NCBI GenBank assembly: GCA_963769425.1
Contig: CAVYLP010000003.1
Coordinates: 96,001 to 160,000 of the forward strand
Length of the DNA stretch: 64,000 nucleotides
Direction of reading: 5' to 3'
Source: Candidatus Bathyarchaeota archaeon
GTDB taxonomy: Archaea > Thermoproteota > Bathyarchaeia > TCS64
In this document: one piece after another, positions 60,283 through 64,000 of the stretch
Layout: each line of letters begins with the position of its first letter
How positions within the stretch are numbered: the first letter of the stretch is position 1
Translations under genes and position numbers: made by a program
Notes under the pieces: generated by a model
Database searches by the model: none
Told to the model about the DNA's origin: nothing
Seen by the model: only the letters and a program-made list of their open reading frames with translations

Positions 60283-61566
60283 CACCGCCACCCCCTTACT
60301 CCCTCAGGAGCCTCCTGAGCGAGGCGGACATCGACGAGGTGTCGAGTCGCGTGGGCGCGTTGGCCCTTGGCGGCATGTATCCCCTTGAGCTTACCAGTGT
60401 GGTACCCCACCGTGGCGTCTGGGTCCTTCAGGAGGTTACCGGTGAGTACGCAGACGACGTCCTCGTCGTGCCTTTATGACGCCCGCCTCGACGAGTTTCC
60501 TCGCCCCGGCGACTGAGGCCGCGGACGCGGGCTCGCAGCCCACACCGCTACCGTCGACGACGGCCTTCGCCTCCATGATCTCGGCGTCGGAGACGACTTC
60601 GACGACGCCGTCCGTCTCCCTGATGACCCTGATGGCCTTCTCCCAGCTCACGGGGTTGCCGATCTTGATGGCGGTGGCCATCGTCTCGGGATGGAGGGAC
60701 TCGAGCTCCTCTCCGCCCCCCTTCCAGAGCTTGTAGAACGGTGCTGCGCCCTCAGCTTGGATGGACGCTATGCGTGGCACCTTCTCGATCCAGCCGAGCT
60801 CCACTAACTCCGCGATGGCCTTACCGAAGGCGCTGGTGTTCCCGAGGTTCCCCGCGGGGACAATTATCCAGTCTGGGGGTTCCCACCCACGCTGGTGGAG
60901 GAGTTCGAAGATTATCGTCTTCTGCCCCTCGATGCGCCATGGATTTATAGAGTTGAGTAGGTAGAGGCCGAGCTCCCTGCTCGCCTCCTGCACTATCCTC
61001 ATCGCGTCGTCGAAGCTGCCGGGGATCTGCACGACCTTTGAGCCGTAGGCGAGTGCCTGGCTCAGCTTCCCGTAGGCGATCTCCCCCTCGGGGATGAATA
61101 CTATCCCCTTTAGGCCTGCCTGGGCCGCGTATGCCGCCATCGAGGCGCTCGTGTTCCCCGTAGAGGCGCAGGCGACGGCCTTCGCCCCCTGACGTAGGGC
61201 CTCAGAGACGGCGACGGTCATCCCCCTGTCCTTGAAGCTCCCCGTTGGGTTCTCCCCCTCGTGCTTCATGGTGAGCCTCTCGACGCCGACGTACTCGGAG
61301 ACGACGCCGCGATGGTAGACGTTCGTGTTGCCCTCGGGGCGGGTGACTATGAGGCCCGCGGGTAGGCCGGGGTGGATGAGCTCCTTGTACCTCCACACCC
61401 CGCTGCTATAGGGTGCACCCATGGGGCAGAGGCGGGAGTCGACGACGCTCCTATCCCACTTGATCGGCTCGTGGACGACCTCCAGTAGGCCGCCGCACTC
61501 GCACCTGAAGACGCTGCCGGGCTCATACTCCCGAGCGCAGCGCACACACCTGAATTTGGAGGGCAT
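60282..61566 (-). CDS. thrC: Threonine synthase (frameshifts near 3' end; end approximate)
   Basis: CxxC, NPTGSFKDRG, ASTGNT, PAGNLGN, EPASA, TGNLLKD. Confidence 0.9.
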
Positions 61567-62481
61567 CAGACGACCCTCGTACCCAAGATTCGTAGGCCGG
61601 GTGAGGTAGACCTCAGCGGGGGTGTCCCCGAAAGCCTCCACCATCGCCTTGCCTAGTTCCGCCGGCTCCTCGCCGACGGCGAAGACGCTCGGGCCACCCC
61701 CGGAGATGCTACACCCGTAAGCCCCCGCTTGTAAGGCGGCGAGCTTGACGAGGTGGAAGTTCGGTATCATTCCCGCCCTGTGCGGCTCGATGACGCTGTC
61801 GCAGATGCTCCTTCCGAACATTATCGGGTCCTTCAACGCGACTGCGGCCGCCATCCTGGAGGCGTAGCCAATGTTCCTGACGGCGTCCTTGAGGTTAACC
61901 GTCTTCGGGAGCAGCCCCCTCGCCATCCTCGTCTTGTTCTCATACCTTACGTCGGGGACGACGACCACGAAGCCAACGTCGGGTATATCCATCCTCATGA
62001 CGTCGTACCCGTCGCCCACGAGGATGAATCCACCTAGGAGGCTAGCTGAGACGTTATCTGCATGGGCACTCCCGGCCACCGCCGCCTCCCCCTGGGCGGC
62101 GAGTTTCACCAGCTCCCTCTGAGGGAGTGTGAGGCCGAGGAGATTCACCGCCGCAACGGCCGCCGCAGCAGCCGAAGCACCGGATGAACCCATGCCCTTA
62201 CCCGGGGGAATCCCCTTCTCGATCTCCATGACGACGCCCTCGGGCTCCGTGAGCCTGCTGAGCGCCGCCTCCATGACGGCTCCGGCGCTGTTTAGCTGCG
62301 CCTTCACCGGAATCTGATCCGCCTCGAATCCCTTCACTATGACCCGGACGCCCGGCTCGGAGACCCTCTTGACACTGATATTGTCACCAAGTCCGTCGAG
62401 GGCTACACCGAAAACGTCGAAGCCGGGTCCAAGGTTCGCGATAGAGGCGGGGGAATAAACTTTAAGCTGTTTGATGGTCAC
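61566..62481 (-). CDS. thrB: Homoserine kinase
   Basis: PASIANLGPGFD, GMGSSGAS, HADN, ISGGGPS; the fusion to thrC in the ORF track is frameshift-derived (TGATG junction). Confidence 0.9.
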
Positions 62482-62610
62482 CCATCACTCTTACACCTGG
62501 ACAGCACAAGGGGTGCGGCTGCCCTTTTTAACCTTTACCGTGTCGAATCCATCACAAACAGCATCAGGGGTATTCCTCATAGGCCACCCGACCCGTCTCT
62601 CAACCTTTAA

Positions 62611-62868
62611 ATGGAGCCTCGTATCCACCATTCTGAAGGTGCGATTTTGGAGAAGGCAGAAGTACAGAAGGCACTCAACGATGTGCGCCCACAGCTACAG
62701 ATGGACGGCGGAGACGTCGAACTCGTCGACATCGTGGACGGCGTCGTGAAGGTGAAACTCAAGGGCCACTGCGCGGGCTGCCCCATGAGTCAGATGACCG
62801 TAAAGTGGGGAGTCGAGCAGTACCTGAAGAAGAAGGTCCCCGGCGTGAAGGCCGTCGAATCCGTCTAA
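62611..62868 (+). CDS. NifU C-terminal domain (Nfu) protein
   Basis: VRPQLQMDGGDVELV...GHCAGCP. Confidence 0.9.
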   Translation: MEPRIHHSEGAILEKAEVQKALNDVRPQLQMDGGDVELVDIVDGVVKVKLKGHCAGCPMSQMTVKWGVEQYLKKKVPGVKAVESV

Positions 62869-62882
62869 GAGGAGCAATCTGA

Positions 62883-63347
62883 ACGCTAGCGTCTGACCTA
62901 GAGGCCTGCAGGGACTACGGGGACATCTTCGCCCTCGTAAAGCGTGGGGTGAAGAAGACCCTCGGACTACACAGGGTGGGGCTCATGCTTCTACTCGGCA
63001 ACCTACCGATGAACGTCGGGGCATTCCACCCGATGGGGACGAACGAGATCGTCCTCAACAGGAGGCTGCTCAAAGGGAAGACGGGGATGAGCGAGCGCTG
63101 CCATGTCTACACGATCCTCCTCCACGAGTACCTACACAGCCTAGGGCACGAGGACGAGGCCGTAGTCAGGCGCCTTACATACAAGGTCTGTCTAGACAAC
63201 TTCGGCAAAGCAAGCCCGGTTGTTGAGGCCGCCCTAACGGGGCCTTGGGCTGACCTGACGGAGGAGGACTTCGACGAGTTGGAGCCGGAGCTCAACCTGG
63301 AGCTTGTCAGGAACTTTGAGAGGCCGGACAGCGGCTATATCATTTAG
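62883..63347 (+). CDS. HEXXH putative Zn-metalloprotease (start uncertain)
   Basis: LLHEYLHSLG...E; frame open upstream of GTG 62949 to about 62883. Confidence 0.7.
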   Translation, partial: TLASDLEACRDYGDIFALVKRGVKKTLGLHRVGLMLLLGNLPMNVGAFHPMGTNEIVLNRRLLKGKTGMSERCHVYTILLHEYLHSLGHEDEAVVRRLTYKVCLDNFGKASPVVEAALTGPWADLTEEDFDELEPELNLELVRNFERPDSGYII

Positions 63348-63563
63348 ACTGTTAGTCTCTGTTCAAGGAATTTTGGGTATTCTAGCCCTTTTTCGTATCC
63401 CATGGAGTAGTTTACGACTATTCCGTGGGTTGGGCACTTGAAGGCGTAGAATGGAAGAATGCCGCTCTAGCCCTCCTTAGCGAAGTATCCTAAGCATGTT
63501 CTACCTGTGATTCCCATAGTGATCCTCTATAGCAGGGTAAGTCTGAATGATGGTATTTGTCAT
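63344..63563 (-). pseudogene. Decayed small Zn-ribbon-like gene
   Basis: RLTLL*RIT...KEG*SGILPFYAFKCPTHGIVVNY...YPKF with two TAG codons. Confidence 0.55.
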
Positions 63564-63730
63564 GTTTTCGTCCCTTCTCCGAGGTTACCAAGTAGATCAG
63601 ATCGAGACATCATCATTGACTTCACCCTCGCCACGATTGATGGTGCTGTAACCATGGGAAAAAAACCAATGAAATATGGGTTAGTCTAAGGCTTATAACG
63701 AGACCTCGCTTCCTATTTCACGTGGTTTAG

Positions 63731-64000
63731 ATGCCAAGAGACAAGGTTGAAACATTCAAGTATGTCCGCGAGATGAATGAACTCCTGACGAAAAATGGGA
63801 TATTCCTCGTCGCCGAGGGGAAGGATAAGAAGCCCAACACGATGACCATCGGCTGGGGCTTCCTCGGCACGATGTGGGCGAAGCCGGTCTGCATCGTCGC
63901 CGTTCGTCACAGTAGGCACACATTCAAGTTCATGGAGGAGGCAAAGAGCTGGACTGTTTGCTTACCTGCAAAGGGCATGGAGGCGGCCCTCGACTTCTGT
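63731..64000 (+). CDS. Flavin reductase (flavoredoxin) family protein, partial
   Basis: MPRDKV...NTMTIGWG...AVRHSRHT...LDFC runs off the window. Confidence 0.85.
   Translation, partial: MPRDKVETFKYVREMNELLTKNGIFLVAEGKDKKPNTMTIGWGFLGTMWAKPVCIVAVRHSRHTFKFMEEAKSWTVCLPAKGMEAALDFC

Noticed and set aside
60436-62481. Apparent ThrB-ThrC fusion
   Set aside because: A TGATG stop/start junction at 61564-61568 is bypassed only by a one-base shift.
1-64000. CRISPR arrays, IS elements, integrases, rRNA and long antisense ORFs
   Set aside because: No repeat-spacer arrays, transposase/integrase motifs or rRNA were seen; antisense ORFs are shadows of GC-rich coding genes.

Overview
Archaeal chromosomal segment. 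Evidence: HMf-type histone, rps17e, proteasome beta, XPB-Bax1, geranylgeranyl reductase and UPF0147. Gene content is most consistent with Bathyarchaeia (inference). It holds Leu and Thr/Asp-family biosynthesis operons, five intron-less CCA-encoding tRNAs (Asp, Ser, Ala, Phe, Val), ABC transporters and housekeeping genes. Many genes carry single-base frameshifts, probably assembly errors. Main highlights: (1) an FHL-like group 4 [NiFe]-hydrogenase operon headed by a GltD/NsoC-like NAD(P)H flavoprotein and a ferredoxin-like subunit rather than a formate dehydrogenase; (2) about 1.6 kb away, a deletion scar joining the 5' end of a group 3b hydrogenase beta gene to the 3' end of its alpha gene; (3) a GH172 + FucI-like isomerase + FGGY kinase operon, a candidate archaeal D-arabinofuranoside pathway; (4) a two-gene A-rich cassette at tRNA-Phe with a decayed paralog 6 kb away; (5) a Bax1 that appears to lack its nuclease domain. 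All family assignments come from motif recognition by eye, not database searches.
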